This document shows positions 35,317-49,523 of a stretch of 64,000 nt of DNA, one piece after another; within the stretch, counting starts at the first letter, position 1, and each line of letters starts with the position of its first letter. This DNA is from Eremomyces bilateralis CBS 781.70 (lineage: Eukaryota). The notes beneath the pieces are model-generated. The model was not told the DNA's origin. It was given only the letters and a program-made list of their open reading frames with translations, and did not search any database. The stretch lies in NCBI GenBank assembly GCA_010015585.1, contig ML975188.1. One strand, given 5' to 3'. Position numbers and translations under genes: made by a program.

Positions 35317-38300
35317 ATGGAACGACCAAATGGCTATCCTAGACCTCCAGGTCCTCCAGGTCCAGGTCCTCCAGGTCCAGGTCCTCCAGGTCCAGGTCCT
35401 CCAGGTCCTCGAGGCCAACAGAAGGGCCCTCCTCCGGGTTGGTCACCGTCAGAGGGACGCCCACGAGCTCCAATGACGCGGGCACAGCGGTTTGAAGATG
35501 AGAAACGACGGTTAATTGAGAGTTGCTTTTCCAAGTTGAACAATATGGGAGCCCGTGAGACATCCATTCGTCACGTTTCCCATTGATATATACGCTAACG
35601 GATGTATGTATAGCCGTCGAATCATATATCACGCATGTCCGAGTTGAAGAAGACGGCCAATATCCCCAATCACCCCCCGCCCCAGACTCCCTCCCTAGCA
35701 ACAAGAAGGCCCGTATAATTGTCGTTGGGGTAAAAGACTCGGGGCGGGTAAGGCTACACAAGACGAGGGAGAATGCTAACGGGAGCTTCTCGATTGGGAA
35801 GACCTGGCCATTGGAAGAGTTCACGAAAGTCGAATCGTTTTCAAGCAGCAACCCGACCGATCCGGAGGGTATCCAACGGAAACAATGGGCGGGCGACCGG
35901 GGGTTTATTGTCACCATAGGAAAGCCATATTATTGGGCAGCCGGCACGGCGAAAGAGAAGGAATTTTTCATTGCCAGTCTGGTGAAAATTTACAAGAAGT
36001 ATACCGAGGGTAAAATCCCAGAACTGGTTGGGTTCACACCGCAGGAGGCTGAGCAATTGAAGGGGCCGCCTCTGCGACCCCCAGGTCAACCGGGCCCGCA
36101 TCCTCCACCTGGTCCGCAGCCGCAAGGTCACCCTTCCCCTCCATATAAGAACCCGTTGCAAAGTCCGCCTATGCAAGGTGGCCTCCGCGCTGTCCCACCA
36201 CAGCGGGACCCCTCTCAGGATTCATCCCAGTATCCTCCTTCATCGGCTGGGGCAGGATCCCGCGCGGGACACAGAAGGTCACCATCATCTCAACGCGACG
36301 GCCCCACGCCAGGTCTATCACCCCGCCCGCGAGAACCATCACGGGAACCGCGGCCTCCACCATCGCGAGATGGAGGGTTGCGGAAGTACGCTAGTCAGGA
36401 GCCCGTCATGGGACGAAATCAAACGCCATCGTCCTCGCGCCTCACACCGGAGTCTTCTAGATCCGAGTTGACGTCGCATCGATCAACGACACCGGAACCG
36501 CTAGATATACCCCCCGCGTTGCTTCCACGACAAAGCCCACGAAATCAGAGATCGTACCAGAATGCCCGAGAAGCATTTACTGGTAACCAACGACCGGGTG
36601 AAGGTCTTGGTATCAGCAGCAGCCCGGACAGGCCAAGGGCGACTCCACCGGTACCGCGTGATCGAACCGGATCGAGACCGTCGACGGCCTCAACAATGGA
36701 CAAACCGTTCCGAGAACCCTTCCGAGACGAGCCTCCAGAACGCAAACGACCGCCTTTACGAAACCGCGAGGGTAGCGAAACCCGTTCAATCGCTCCAGAT
36801 GAGCGCGTTGCGGAGTCTCCTGCGCCACTTTTCAGTTCGAATCGCAGACAAGGCATACAGCTTCCTGCGTCCAGTTCTGATAGCAAGCTTTTGAAGGGCC
36901 AGATGGAGAAACCACCTGGTAGCTCCGATCCCTCCCTGGGTGAATCTGCGCGAAGTGAACCATCCCTCGAAGAAACGAAGTCTCAGGACAGCTCGCAAAA
37001 CAAGGGACCCTCTCCAGAGAAGGTGGTGTCTCCGAAACCCGTCATTTCACCGGAACCTAAACCTGTCGTTTCGCCCCCCTCCGACCAAGAAGAGCGCCCT
37101 GGGCTAGGGCAGATGGTCAAGAAAAAGTCCGGCAAAGATGTTGCCAACGCCTTTAGGAAAGCTGCCACTACATATGGGGCATTCAAGCCTAGAGCAGGTG
37201 GAGCACTGGACAAACTTAAAGCGGCCCAGAGCAAATCGAATGAGCCAGATGGCATTAATGCTGTTGTTCCCGCGCCACCGAAACCCAAGCAGAACGACGA
37301 ATCTGTTTCACCCAAAGCAGCTAGGAAGCCTAGCGGAGATCTCTCTACCAAGGCGGCTGTGCCAACGGACAGTGTCCCTCAGCTGACCGTCTCCAGCCCC
37401 ATGTCCCGCCGCCAAGCCATCGTTGATCAGAATGCAGAGAGCTCACTATCAAAACGCAATGCTGAGAAGCTAAACGCGAACGTTGTGGAGATTGAAGCGG
37501 CGCGAAAGCAGCGGCGGCGCTCGCAATATCAGACGAAATGCCTCTCAAAGCTTGGAGTCGATGCATCGATTTTCGAAGGAAGGGGCATCGATTTTGAAAC
37601 GGCGCTGGACGATTTTGGATGGGGCACGAGCATGTTTCAACGTCCCAAGATTGAGGTTTTCGAAGTCGACGTACGGCGAGCGCTTGGACGACTTGAAGCA
37701 GGAAGCTTGCTTGGAGACTTTGAGTCGAATCGAGATCGGGTTGATGTAGTTGAAACCTTGTTCGATCGTGCACTGGCCGAGTGCGACGAATTCGAGGGCT
37801 TGTTGACACTGTATGGTGTTGAGCTGAGTGTAAGTGGTTCGACAATATTGTTCTTCGACTATACTAACATATATTCCAGAGCTTGAACGAGGATATTGCA
37901 TACATTGAAGCCCAATCCCAAGGTCTTCAAGTGCAAACCGCCAACCAGAAGTTGCTTCAAGGCGAGCTGCAAAATCTCCTAGCGACCATCTCCGTCGATA
38001 CGCAACATCTCAAATCGCTCAAGAGTGGCTCCATCAAGAATCCCGAGAGTCTCATGGAGATCGAGAATGCACTTGCCCTACTCTATAAGGCCATGATCAC
38101 GATCGACCCAAGCTTACGAAGCGGTTCAGAAGGCAACGGCCTTGGATCAGGCCGTGATGAGCTGTCTAATATGCGTGCTCTGATGGAGCGCAAAGACACC
38201 TATTTAAGCCAATGTACCCTGTTCATTGCGCGACTGAAGCAGCACATGGACATCACTTTTGGCGCTGCACTCATGGCAACCGAGGACGCGATCAACACTG

Positions 38301-39984
38301 CGAAAGGATACAAAAACGCAACACGCCTTGACCCGGCCCTCCACGATGTTGGGCGGACTGATCTTTGGAAATATAGCCCGCTGATGCTTTTCGTCAAGGA
38401 AATTGATTACACATCATGGGAAGGGCTACTGCGCGTGTACCACACGCGTGCACGCAAGACCTACCACGACGAATGCCGCGAGAATCTCGAGGCGTGGAAA
38501 AAGTCGACCAGAAAGCCAACTGGAGACGAGGCCGACCTACTTTTCACTTCGCAGGAGAAAGAAAACGAGGGCCTCTCGAGTACTGCACGGAAACTCACTG
38601 TCAAGCGTAGTCAAACTCTGGCGCGGACTCTGCGCGCTGGGGGAGGAGAAAAGCAATCACCCACGGAACGATCACAATCGGGCAGTTTGCATGCGTTCGA
38701 AAGTTTCGCCGGCTTCCTCGATCAAGTCGCTCCACTGGTATTCACGGAGCAAAACTTCGTGGTCGACTTCTTTCACGCATCGTCGTCGGAGAGGCTGGAT
38801 TACGCCGAAGCAATTGCTGTGGCGCCACCAGACGAGCGGAGAGGGACGAACCTCCATTCACGCAAAGTTTTCGAACCCGACCGAGCGATGGCAAAGAGGG
38901 TAACGATTGTTATGGAAGAGATATTCTCGTTCTGGCCGAATGACCTGCAGCGGCTAGTGGACTGGGCGGTAAGTCAAGATCCGCTGCAAGGTATCGGCGT
39001 TCTCTGCGCCATTGAACGGAAGATGCTGGAGCTGGAGGAGACGAACCAGGACTTCTTGATCAAGACGCTGCAGAAGAACCACGACAAGTTAACCGGGCAG
39101 TTCGCGAAATTCGTGGAGGATCAGATCCGCGCCATCGAAGACACGAAGGTCAAGATCAAGAAGCGAAAGGGCGTCATCGCGTTCATCAAGATCTTCCCCG
39201 TGTTCTCCTCCGCTATTGAGAACATGCTCCCCTCGTACGACGATCGTGAACGACTCGATGCGCGGACTATGGTCGACGAAGCGTACCAGAAGTTGAACAA
39301 GGCCATGTTCGACAGCTTGCGCATCATCGCCAAGGAAAGTCCCGGAGCGGCGGTCGGTCAAGGCGTCCACAACCAAGGCATAGGTGACCCGGAAGACAAA
39401 GAGGCGCTCAATTACCACATCCTGCTGATCGAGAACATGAATCACTACGTCGAGGAAGTCGACGTCAAGCGCAGCGCGGTCCTCTCCGAATGGGGCGAAC
39501 GAGCGGAACGGGAGATGGAAGAGCATCTTACCTTATATCTGGATGCTGTGATTCGGCGGCCGCTCGGGAAGGTTTTGGTAAGTCACTGAAACACCGTTGA
39601 CGCAACTCATCGAACTCTAACCATTCCCAGGATTTCCTTGAATCCACTGAATCCCTCCTCTCCACTCTCTCCACACCTCCCACTTCCATCGCCACCCGCT
39701 CCTCCCACTCCCAACACGTTTTCCGGAAGCTCCTCGCTGCGTACGATAACAAAGAACTCCGCCGTGGTGTCGACGTGCTGAAAAAGCGGGTCGAGAAGCA
39801 TTTCGGCGATGCGGATGAGCCTGGACTGAGTCGGCCGCTGGTTGACAAGGTGCTCAAGGCGTGCTTAGGCAGATATGTGGACACGGTGGAGCGGGTTGAG
39901 AAGGTGCGGAGAGATGTGTACGAAGGGGATATGGAGGAACAGTTCTGGAAGGTGGATGAGGTGACGGCAGCGTTTCGGAGGTAG
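35317..39984 (+). CDS. sec3: Exocyst complex component Sec3
   Basis: Introns 35555-35613, 37830-37879, 39578-39630. N-terminal PH-like region (ESYITHVRVEED..FSIGKTW..YYWAAGTAKEK), central Pro-rich linker, IAYIEAQSQGLQVQTANQK, KKRKGVI, LNYHILLIEN. Confidence 0.94.
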
Positions 39985-40262
39985 GGCGGGAGTGGATGAC
40001 CAGTGAATGAGGGGCATCAAAAACGGGTATAGCACGGGTTGGCGTTGGCTACTACAGCATAATCTACTTCGTTGTATACTTTCTGTGGATAATTTGGAAC
40101 GGTCCCAGTCTGGGCGATATTGACCACTTGATAGTTACCGTCAAGCGGAAAATCCGACTATTACTGGACCAGATTTGATCTCGATTTCTTCACTGCTGCG
40201 AACATAACGCGACGGGAAACCAATGCTTCACCATTCTCCATTATACGAGCTTCCATAAGTAC

Positions 40263-41492
40263 CTAGAAGATCGCCAGCGCATTTGGCGGAGACCCAACCG
40301 CACCGGAGTAGTTGAGAGGAACGGAAGTGAGCAAAAACGTCCATTTCTTCCGTTCCGCACAAGCTTTCGATAGCGCCTTCAAATCCCAAAGCTCCCCAAT
40401 GGGCATTCCAAACATCCCAAGGAAGTACTGATGAAGCACTGTTGGAACCGTTAGTAGGCTCGCTTCTACATTGCATTGCCATGGCTCACCTAACGCCTCC
40501 GCCGGATCCAGGCCTGAAAACAACTTCGCCCCGTCCACCACCTCAAATGCGGTCATATCGCCCGCGACGGCCGCGAAGTGCTGGTTCCAGAACCACTTCG
40601 CCGCCTCCACGGTGCCCTCGACGCCCACGCACCCGCCGTTCGTCGGATTTGTCATCGCCGCGGTCTGCTGATCGGCATCCAGCCCCTCCATGGCTTCCGT
40701 CAAGCCACTACGGACGAGCAGGATGTCGCCGGGGTGGAAGGTCGTTCCTTGGGATTCGGCGATGGATTGGATGGTGGAGATGGGGATGGCGTGGCTTTCG
40801 AAGGGGGAATAGGAAATGTTGTTGGCGTCGGCGTAGGCTTTGTAGTCGATGAGAACGCCGCGACCGACGACGCCGCCACGAGTGTGCCAGCCTACCACTA
40901 GGTCAGGTATTGAGGATGAGACGGACTGGGTGTCTTACGGTTCAGGGTTGGGAATTGCAACGCTTTCTCGGGGTCGCTGAGATCATCAGCACTCGGTTGA
41001 GCTCCGTTGTAGAAGAGACCAGTGGGCTGGTGCGCGAAGTGGCCTACGGACTATTTAATTTCTATCGATATTGTATGTCGGAGTGTACGTACACAAGCTA
41101 TCCCATTGGCTGCTACACTGGGTGTTGAATTCGATTTCATCGTCGAAGGAGATCCACTTCCAATTGGGTTTGTCCTTGGAGCATAGAACCTTGTGACTGA
41201 GCAGCTTTCGTCCGATTATCGGCGACTTGAAACTGTCGATGCCCCAGCTATCGTGAGATGGTCAGCGTACTCTGCCACGGTCGATGGATTCGGCGCCGTA
41301 CTTGAGGGATATCGTTACGCCGTCCTGGACCTCTGCAGCCGCAGCTTTCACGACACTCGGCGTGAGCAGATTTAGGGTTCCGAATACGTCCTTCTCACCA
41401 TCCTTATCGAAAATACCCCAGGCGCAGCCTTGGGGCATTCCCTCGACCTTGGGTAAGGAGTCGAAGTCAGGGAGGTTGATCTCCTGAGCCAT
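40263..41492 (-). CDS. Cyclase-family (kynurenine formamidase-like) metal hydrolase
   Basis: Multi-exon. GCAWG..GTLNLLT, FNTQCSSQWDSL.H, GVVGRGVLIDY, PGDILLVRSG, AVAGD..FE, GMPIGELWDL, SPPNALAIF. Confidence 0.88.
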
Positions 41493-41998
41493 GGTGAGTG
41501 GTTATGCAGTTGTACAGACAGATACTAAGACAACTTGGATCAATTGAGCAACGAGGCTAGAAGAGAGTGCCATTGCGTTTAAATACACTCACCACTCGGT
41601 GATTTAGATGCAACCTCCGGGCAAGGAAGTCAATCATCCCCTCTTCATCTATGCTTGCATGCATATATATTATTAGCTCGAAGCTCTCCTAGAACCAATC
41701 ACGATGGTATCACTACGACTATGACATACCAGATTTCGTCTCCGCCAACAATGCATATTCGGTTGATATTAGGCAAGTAGCCGGCTAGATCAGTATCCCC
41801 TGGCAGTCTTTCAACCCCTCCTTTGTTGGAGGTTGTTTTTCAAAAAATTATGCTGTTGCCTGGCCGCCTTTGCAATCATCATCACACGGACAGGCAGTAT
41901 ACACGATGGTTTCTTTGATAGAATCCAACCTCGAAGATTTTTTCAATTAAAAGCAAACGAATCTTGAAGACGAGGAATAACAGGACCCCAGGCAGTCC

Positions 41999-43342
41999 CT
42001 ATTCTGGATCCGACTTGGGTACGACTAAAACCGTTAGACAACATGGTCGAACTCGGTTGGAGCACACTCACATCGAATTCTCCTTTCATCCCAATCAAGG
42101 ATGGTATAGAATCGTCGTAGGAACGGCCATCCCAAAGCAACCTGGCTGGCGTGGCTCCTCAACACGCCAAAGACACAGACCTCAATATCTTCTGAGGACC
42201 TATACACCTTGAACGTATAATCATACGGCGAGAGCGTGAGATTGTGCGCCATGTCGCCTTCGCCGAGTTCAAGCGTGACGTCTGCCATGTCAAGGCGCAT
42301 CTCGCACGGAAACTCCGGTTGTCCGCCTACCATTCCAGTAATATTATGGTAAATTTGCGCGAAGAGCAGGCCACGCAACTCAGGTGGCAGGGAGATGAAT
42401 GGATCTGCGCTCGCCAGGACGGCGATACTGGAAGAAGGCATCGCCTCGTGCCATTCGTAGGTCCTATTCTCATATGTCAACGAGCTGAGAGGCGTGGCCC
42501 ATGCCATTGCTTGATTGCCGCCAGCCAGGGAAAGATCAATGAACGGCCCGTCGGCAAATTGGGGGAGATGCTCCCCAACGTCAACTCGCCATCATCTCGC
42601 TGGTTGACGGTATCAAAGTCCAATGGACCAGAGGGGAACTTGAGCCCGATGACCGCCTTGTCAATCAACCCGCTCTCTTTGAGCATTGTCCACGGGGGGA
42701 GTTCGGTGCCAGTCCAAGCACTCCGCTGTAGCCAAAATACCACCCAACATATTCCAGGTAACGGATCCGTTCCGCAAAGAGGAACGGGACGTCCGGGAGC
42801 GTGAGATCGGCAATGCTAATCGTCTCTTTCGCGTGGATCCCATTCCACAGTACCCATCCGAAAATCTGGAAGGTTTTAGTGGTTGGTTTGAAGCTCGTTG
42901 ACAAGGTGGAGTTGAGACCATTCCGTCCATATGAACACAGCTTGTCGGGACAGTTGGCGGATTGGATCATCAAATGGTTTGATTCGATGGAGAGGGCGAT
43001 CATGACTGACTGCGGGGGGTCTCAAATGGACAAGTTGAAGCCATAGAGAACGTATGTCACATCCTGTATGCCTTGTCAGTGCATGGCGTGCGAGACACCT
43101 TCTCTGAGCCGTACGTTGAGTAGTTGACGATGCTCATGTTCGGAGTCGATTCCTAGAGCCAGCTGGTGCGTACCTCCCTCTACGGGTTCCCAAGAAATCT
43201 CTTCTCCAAACTGAGGGGCTTTACGATTGTTGGTAGGACCAGACACCCTCCGAAGTTCCGAGCCAAGCGGAATCTTTACTGCAGCAAAGCAGGCTGGAAG
43301 TGCAACCGCCAGTGGGGCTATCCAACGCCACTCCACACGCAT
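41999..43342 (-). pseudogene. Degenerate secreted pepsin-like (A1) aspartic protease homologue
   Basis: Signal peptide MRVEWRWIAPLAVALPACFAAV, LSI*DPPQ (TGA 43024-43022 where IG.PPQ is expected), SGVLGLAP, DGELTLG, LGWPFLRRFYTILD. Two frameshifts (about 42694-42699 G-run and about 42545). No DTG/DSG motifs. Confidence 0.8.
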
Positions 43343-45342
43343 GATCAAGCACGATGTAAGCAGATTGCAACGCAAAGGTTTCTGATGACGTTCGACAAAG
43401 TTGATAGCACATTAAAATTACACAGACAAACATACAGGAGCGTATTTCTGAGCAGCGACAGACTTTGTTACGATGTTGACGCGTCCTACAGGCTACATGA
43501 AGGATCGGATTAAGATTACGAGGAAGCATAGGCTGGTGAGGCTGTGGCAGGCAGCAGCCAGATGGTGATCCGACGAAACGTTCAACATTGGATTGCAAAC
43601 ATTATTAGATATAGGATAACTGAAAGTCCTGGAATGGATTATGGAGGCAGTCCCATCTGCGAACACTCTCATCACTCTGGAAGTGGACTATCGACACACG
43701 TGTTGTGGGCTGTGGCATCCAATGTGATTTCATCTCAGCTTCAAGATTCCCTTCAACGCTAGATTTAGGGAATACTAACAATTAACGTCCTTTAGTTAGT
43801 TCTCATTTTTTTATCCTATCCTCAATTATTCATCGGAAACTCGGATTCTATCCCGAATCTTATGCTTAGCTCATCTGGAACTCTAGACCACATTTCCTCC
43901 ACTCCACTGGGTTAGTCCATCCGTCCAAGCCTCCGACAGAGTCCGACTGCTTGGTCACCAAATTGTCGACGAGACATCATCCACTCCTCGACCTCCCCTA
44001 GATCCTTGTGAAATTCCGTTGTCTCAGGCCATCGCGAACCCAACCGCTCGGATATCACCTCACTCTCAGTAATCTCTCGCCTATCTCCAAGTCCCCAGTC
44101 TGCAGCGTAGGTCTTGTCATCACGGTCGCTTACAGATATCACTGCTCGAATCCCATTGCCCCTCCGTATTGACAGGGTATTGATTCGATCATGGGAATTC
44201 CGTCATTATGCTGGCGTCTTGGTATATCCCAATATTCCGATATTCCAACTCTCCACTTCCTCTTCTAAGACTTCAGGCCCTGCCGCACATGTTGCCGAGA
44301 TCAGGTGGGGAAACATCGCAACTCGGCCCAGTCCGAGCTCAGAAGTTGCACTCTCAGTCGCCTTTGTCGATCTCTTTGACGGGAAAGGTAGTTCAATTCT
44401 TATATACAATCTCAGACACGAGCTAGGGCACCCAAGTCATCGTTAATTTCCAACGTCCTTAGCTCGATTTATAGTAAGTCCATCGATACAATGCTAGTAA
44501 CGCCGGCAATTGAAGCTGACGATTGGCATGAGCCTTATTGGCTCGAGTATATGGTGGTGATATGTTCGGTACATGTGCATGCTCAACAGCTTCAACCTCA
44601 ACATCCCTAATCCCTACATCCTTGTTCCAGATGCAAGACGTGCCAATATTATTGCTTCCGAGTGTTAGGTAGCACGTTAAACAACAAGTTTATTTGAGGT
44701 GTTTTCAATTCGCCTTGGCCATTGGCCTCGAGTCCACCCCCTGGTCATTATTATACGTCACATTCATTTTAGCGCCCAAGATGCGTGGAGCCGTTTTGCC
44801 CTGCAATTGACGACCTTGAAGTCGCTCTTGACCGTCGCGTCATTCGCGCTGTGCACAATCCCCGCATATCGCTGATCATAGAAGACGAGCGTCGGAGATT
44901 CGAAGGATCATTCGATTTCTGTGCTCGGCGCCGATGCCGTTGTACAGCTAATGGCTTCAGTACCGAACCAAGGGATTGGCATCGATACAATGGTCTAGAT
45001 ATGAACGATGACAAACGCTACTGTCACTTTGGTCTGTCACCGGTCACACAGTTCCCACTGCCATGGAATTCACCTCACTTGAGTACTTTCCTGTCCCACT
45101 TGGTAGACAGGCATACCCGACGTATCGGCAGATACCTGAATTGTGCCAACCTGATTCCGGGATAGTGAGTAACGTTGATTTCAATGCAGTTGTACATGGG
45201 ACCTAGTCTACCAATAATACATCGTTATTCGTTTAGTTCGCATCCAGTCCACAGGTACTTTCCTCCATATAAACGTCAGGCCCCCGTGGAGATCTCAGGT
45301 GGTGGCTTTCCTTGACATTGTTCCTTCTATTCACGTCCCAGA

Positions 45343-47754
45343 ATGCGCGTTACACTCAGCATTGCGGGTGTCGCGTACGCCACTGCTGTTCTAGCAGCAT
45401 GTCCATACATGGGTGGTGAGATGGATATTCGGGACGCTCCAGCAGACCACCATCTACAAGCCCGAGATATTCCTACCGATACAACAGATTTTATGGGCCA
45501 GTTCGAACTCAATGATACGGATGTATATCTCACAAGCGATGCTGGCGGGCCCATCGAGGATCAAGAAAGTTTGAGCGCCGGCGAAAGAGGACCGACTCTT
45601 TTGGAGGATTTTATATTCCGCCAGAAAATCCAGCATTTCGATCATGAGAGGTATGGTGGAATACGAGCCAAAACAAGCTTAAGTGCGCCACCCACTGATA
45701 ATCGACCAGGGTTCCAGAACGAGCGGTGCACGCCAGAGGAGCTGGTACGTTGATGAGGGTAAAATAAAAATTGCATTACTCACATTCTTTTAGGTGCACA
45801 TGGGGTATTTGAATCCTACGGTGATTACTCCAATATTACCGCCTCTTCGTTCCTCTCAGCCAAGGGAAAGAAGACGCCGGCTTTCGTTCGATTTTCCACC
45901 GTTGCTGGAAGCAGAGGGAGCGCTGACACCGCGCGTGACGTCCATGGCTTCGCGGTGAGACTGTACACCGACGAAGGCAACTTCGGTAGGACCGAATATC
46001 CCATAGCTTCCATATCCCACTGACTCCTCTAGACATCGTCGGAAACAACATCCCCATCTTCTTTATCCAAGATGCGATCAAATTCCCCGACCTCATCCAT
46101 GCGGTCAAGCCCGAGCCTGACCGCGAGATCCCCCAGGCGGCCACCGCGCACGACACCGCGTGGGATTTCTTCAGCCAGCAGCCGAGCGCCATGCACACGC
46201 TGTTCTGGGCCATGTCCGGGCATGGCATCGTGAGATCGTTCCGGCACATGGACGGATTCGGCGTACACACGTTCCGTTTCGTCACCGACGACGGCAAGAC
46301 GAAGCTGGTCAAGTTCCACTGGAAGACCCTCCAGGGTAAAGCGAGTCTTTTGTGGGAGGAAGCGCAGGCGATTGCGGGCAAGAACCCGGATTACCATCGC
46401 CAAGACCTGTGGGAGGCGATCGAAGCGGAACGGTATCCAGAATGGGAGGTGAGTGGCTCGTATTGAGTATCCTTCAGGAGTATCCATGCTGACAATTGTA
46501 GTTCGGTGTCCAAATCATGGAAGAAGAGGACGAGCTTCGATTCGGCTTCGATCTTTTGGATTCCTCGAAGCTGGTTCCGGAAGACCTAGTTCCAGTGACC
46601 CCGCTAGGAAAATTGACGTTGAACAAGAATCCGACCAACTACTTCGCGGAAACCGAGCAGATCATGTTCCAACCTGGGCATATTGTCCGTGGTGTGGACT
46701 TTACCGACGATCCGCTTCTGCAGGGACGAATCTTCTCCTATCTCGATACGCAGCTCAACCGACACGGTGGTCCGAACTTCGAGCAGCTCCCGATCAACCG
46801 ACCACGAGTCCCGATTCATAATAACAACAGGGACGGTCAAGGTTCGTTTTGCCGGATATCATTCTGGTTCCCATCTGACCGATCATAGCACAAATGTTCC
46901 TCCCTCTGAACACCGCCGCCTACAGTCCCAACACGCTCAACGGCGGCTCCCCGAAGCAAGCCAACCAACAGCAAGGCCGCGGATTCTTCACCGCCCCTGG
47001 CCGCACCACCACCGGCCGCCTCGTCCGCTCCGTCTCTTCCACCTTCGCCGACGTCTGGTCCCAGCCGCGCCTCTTCTTCAACTCGCTCGTCCCCGCGGAG
47101 CAGCAATTCCTCATCAACGGCATCCGATTCGAGACCAGTATGCTCAAGAGCCAGATCGTCAAGGAAAACGTCCTGATCCAGCTGAACCGCGCCAGCCACG
47201 AAGTTGCCCAGCGCGTCGCCAAGGCCCTCGGAATGGAGGCGCCCGCCCCCGATCCGACCTACTACCACGACAACAAGACGACCGACATCGGGACGGTCGG
47301 CACCCCCCTGCGCAAGCTCGACGGCCTGAAAGTCGGCGTCCTCACCAGCACCTCGAGTGTCGGCTCCGACCCAGATTTCAGCACCAGCTTCGCCTCCTCC
47401 GGCGTGGACGTCGTGGTCGTCGCGGAGTCGCTTCAGGCCGGCGTCGACGTGACCTACTCCGGGGCGGACGCGACGGCGTTCGACGGCGTCATCGTCACCG
47501 AAGGCGCGGCGAAGGTGTTCTCCAACTCAACCGGGTCGACGCTCTTCCCGGCCGGTCGGCCGGTGCAGATCGTCGTTGATGCGTATCGGTACGGAAAGCC
47601 GGTGGCGCTGCTTGGTCGGACGAGTAGTGTGGGGAAGGCGGCGGGGATCGTAAGCGGGCCGGGGGTGTATACTGCGGCTGGGAACATTACGGAGGCGTTC
47701 AAGGAGGGGTTGCGGACGTTTAAGTTCTTGGATCGGTTTGCGATTGATCAGTAG
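45343..47754 (+). CDS. catB: Secreted large-subunit heme catalase with C-terminal DJ-1-like domain
   Basis: Introns 45651-45709, 45745-45793, 45986-46032, 46449-46501, 46842-46888. Signal peptide ending in [19 protein letters not shown], proximal ligand [10 protein letters not shown]-terminal FKFLDRF. Confidence 0.95.
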
Positions 47755-48816
47755 AGGGGGTTGTGGTTAGAAGGGTTCTTTGAAATGGAAACGTGGAGTT
47801 CTGATTACGCTTTGACAAGCCTTCGGTGGCACAAGATTATTATCGACGAGTGACCACCCAATTGAGATTCTTATCAAACGGGAATAGTCCACTTCGTGGC
47901 TAGGTACCTAATCTTCTGTGGTAAGGGTTCTCAAACTGTGTCACGTAAGCAACTGAGCACCGGACCTAACCCCACACCTGCCTTGCCATTCAAAGTGCTC
48001 TTCGTATTCATCCACATTTGTCGCCAGTTCCCATAACCCACTCCAACTACCCAGTCATAACTCGTGAAAAGTCGGATAAACGCTTCGCAGTACTCAAGGT
48101 CAAAGGAAAGGGGACTTCCTGTGCGGAGAAGAAGAGCCGGAAGTCAGAGCCGCAAGACCTGTGAAGGCGTTTAAGGGGTTCTGCAGTGTATTCTTCTCTT
48201 CATCTCTCACAAGGGTTCTATAGCCAAAGTTCACAGTGCTTTGGTGCGTTTTCTCGTTTTTATGAGTCGATTGAATAATCGTAGATATGCTTTTCGGGAT
48301 TCAGTCGTATAATAACTTGAAGAAAGACCAGCAGATGCGGCGGTTATTGGGAGGAATCGGTATGATGGCGGATTTTAGGAGTGACAGGGACTCAGATATC
48401 AATATGGGGATTCAACGACTGATTCAGGGTATGATCATAAACCTAAGTGATTAGTAGGCGGTTTGGGAGCTTTCTGGCCTATTGACGAACAGGTGTTGGG
48501 CGTGTCGAATCTAGTTCTAGAGCAGCGGATACAGACATGTAAGGTACGGTAATCCATATATCATTCGTATTCGATTGTATTCGGCGTGACTCGTTCGACT
48601 GCATAAGTAAGATATGTATACGAGAGGTAGACCTAGCGCCGTCATTGCAATTCCAGACCCATTCGCTTGGTGCGGATCACCACCTTCCGATCCAATTACC
48701 TAATCGCCTTAGTTCTCCGATAATATTGACGGAGCGGCAACGCAGAAATGCATAGCAAAAACCTCTCACCATCACTCCAGCACGACCATCTTGGAGCACT
48801 GATCGTCATCGGCCCA

Positions 48817-49523
48817 TCAAAAGCTCTCCTGACTATCCCGCACGCACTTCCGCACGCGCTTTTTGAACTCGGGCGGATCGTCGCGCCACATGCGAGCGGC
48901 CTCGACGTTGGCGGGGCTCTCGTCGTTGGGGCTGGACAGCATGCTGATGACGGACAGCAGGATGGTCTCCGGGGTCTGGACAGGGCTCCAGCGCTCGGCG
49001 GCGGATTCGTAGCCGTATTTGTCTTCTTCTGGGGGGTGGAGGATGGAGATGCAGACTTCACCATTGGGGTAAACTGGTGGTGGTGAGTAATAGAGAGGTA
49101 TGCGGGAAGGGGGGGACGAAAGAGGGGGGTGGGGTGAACGACATACTGTTGGGGTGCCAGATGGGGGTTTCGAACTTCATCTTCGGTGGCATTAGGGGAT
49201 ATTCTCTCGGGAATGAGAGGCGAGCTCGGAAGAAACCGCCTGCGATGGTAGTAATAGACAACGGTTAGCAACTTATTCTTGCACCAAGTACCGATCCAAC
49301 TGCTGTTTATAAGGCACATGGCAACACCGCCTAGGTTGTCAAGAGGATACATACCGCCATAGTGCTTGCAGTCCTCATTGATCATCAGCATGACCTCCCA
49401 GTCAAAGACGTTATCGTCTACCAGACCACAGCTGATGCCGGGAATGTCCTTATCCTCTTGCATCTGCTTCAACTGGCGCTGCAGCAAGCCGGCCGTTGCC
49501 AACGAAGAGCTCGAGGAAGCCAT
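48817..49523 (-). CDS. ubc15: Ubiquitin-conjugating enzyme E2, UBE2G1/Ubc15-like
   Basis: Exons 49523-49355, 49239-49147, 49073-48817. [27 protein letters not shown] (active Cys and acidic loop), PNDESPANV. Confidence 0.9.

Noticed and set aside
35345..35410. 15-bp tandem repeat
   Set aside because: Simply encodes the GPPGP low-complexity N-terminus of Sec3.
16282..47754. Light/NO/oxidative-stress gene cluster (wc-2, fhbA, catB)
   Set aside because: Genes are interspersed with unrelated housekeeping genes; no evidence of co-regulation from sequence alone.
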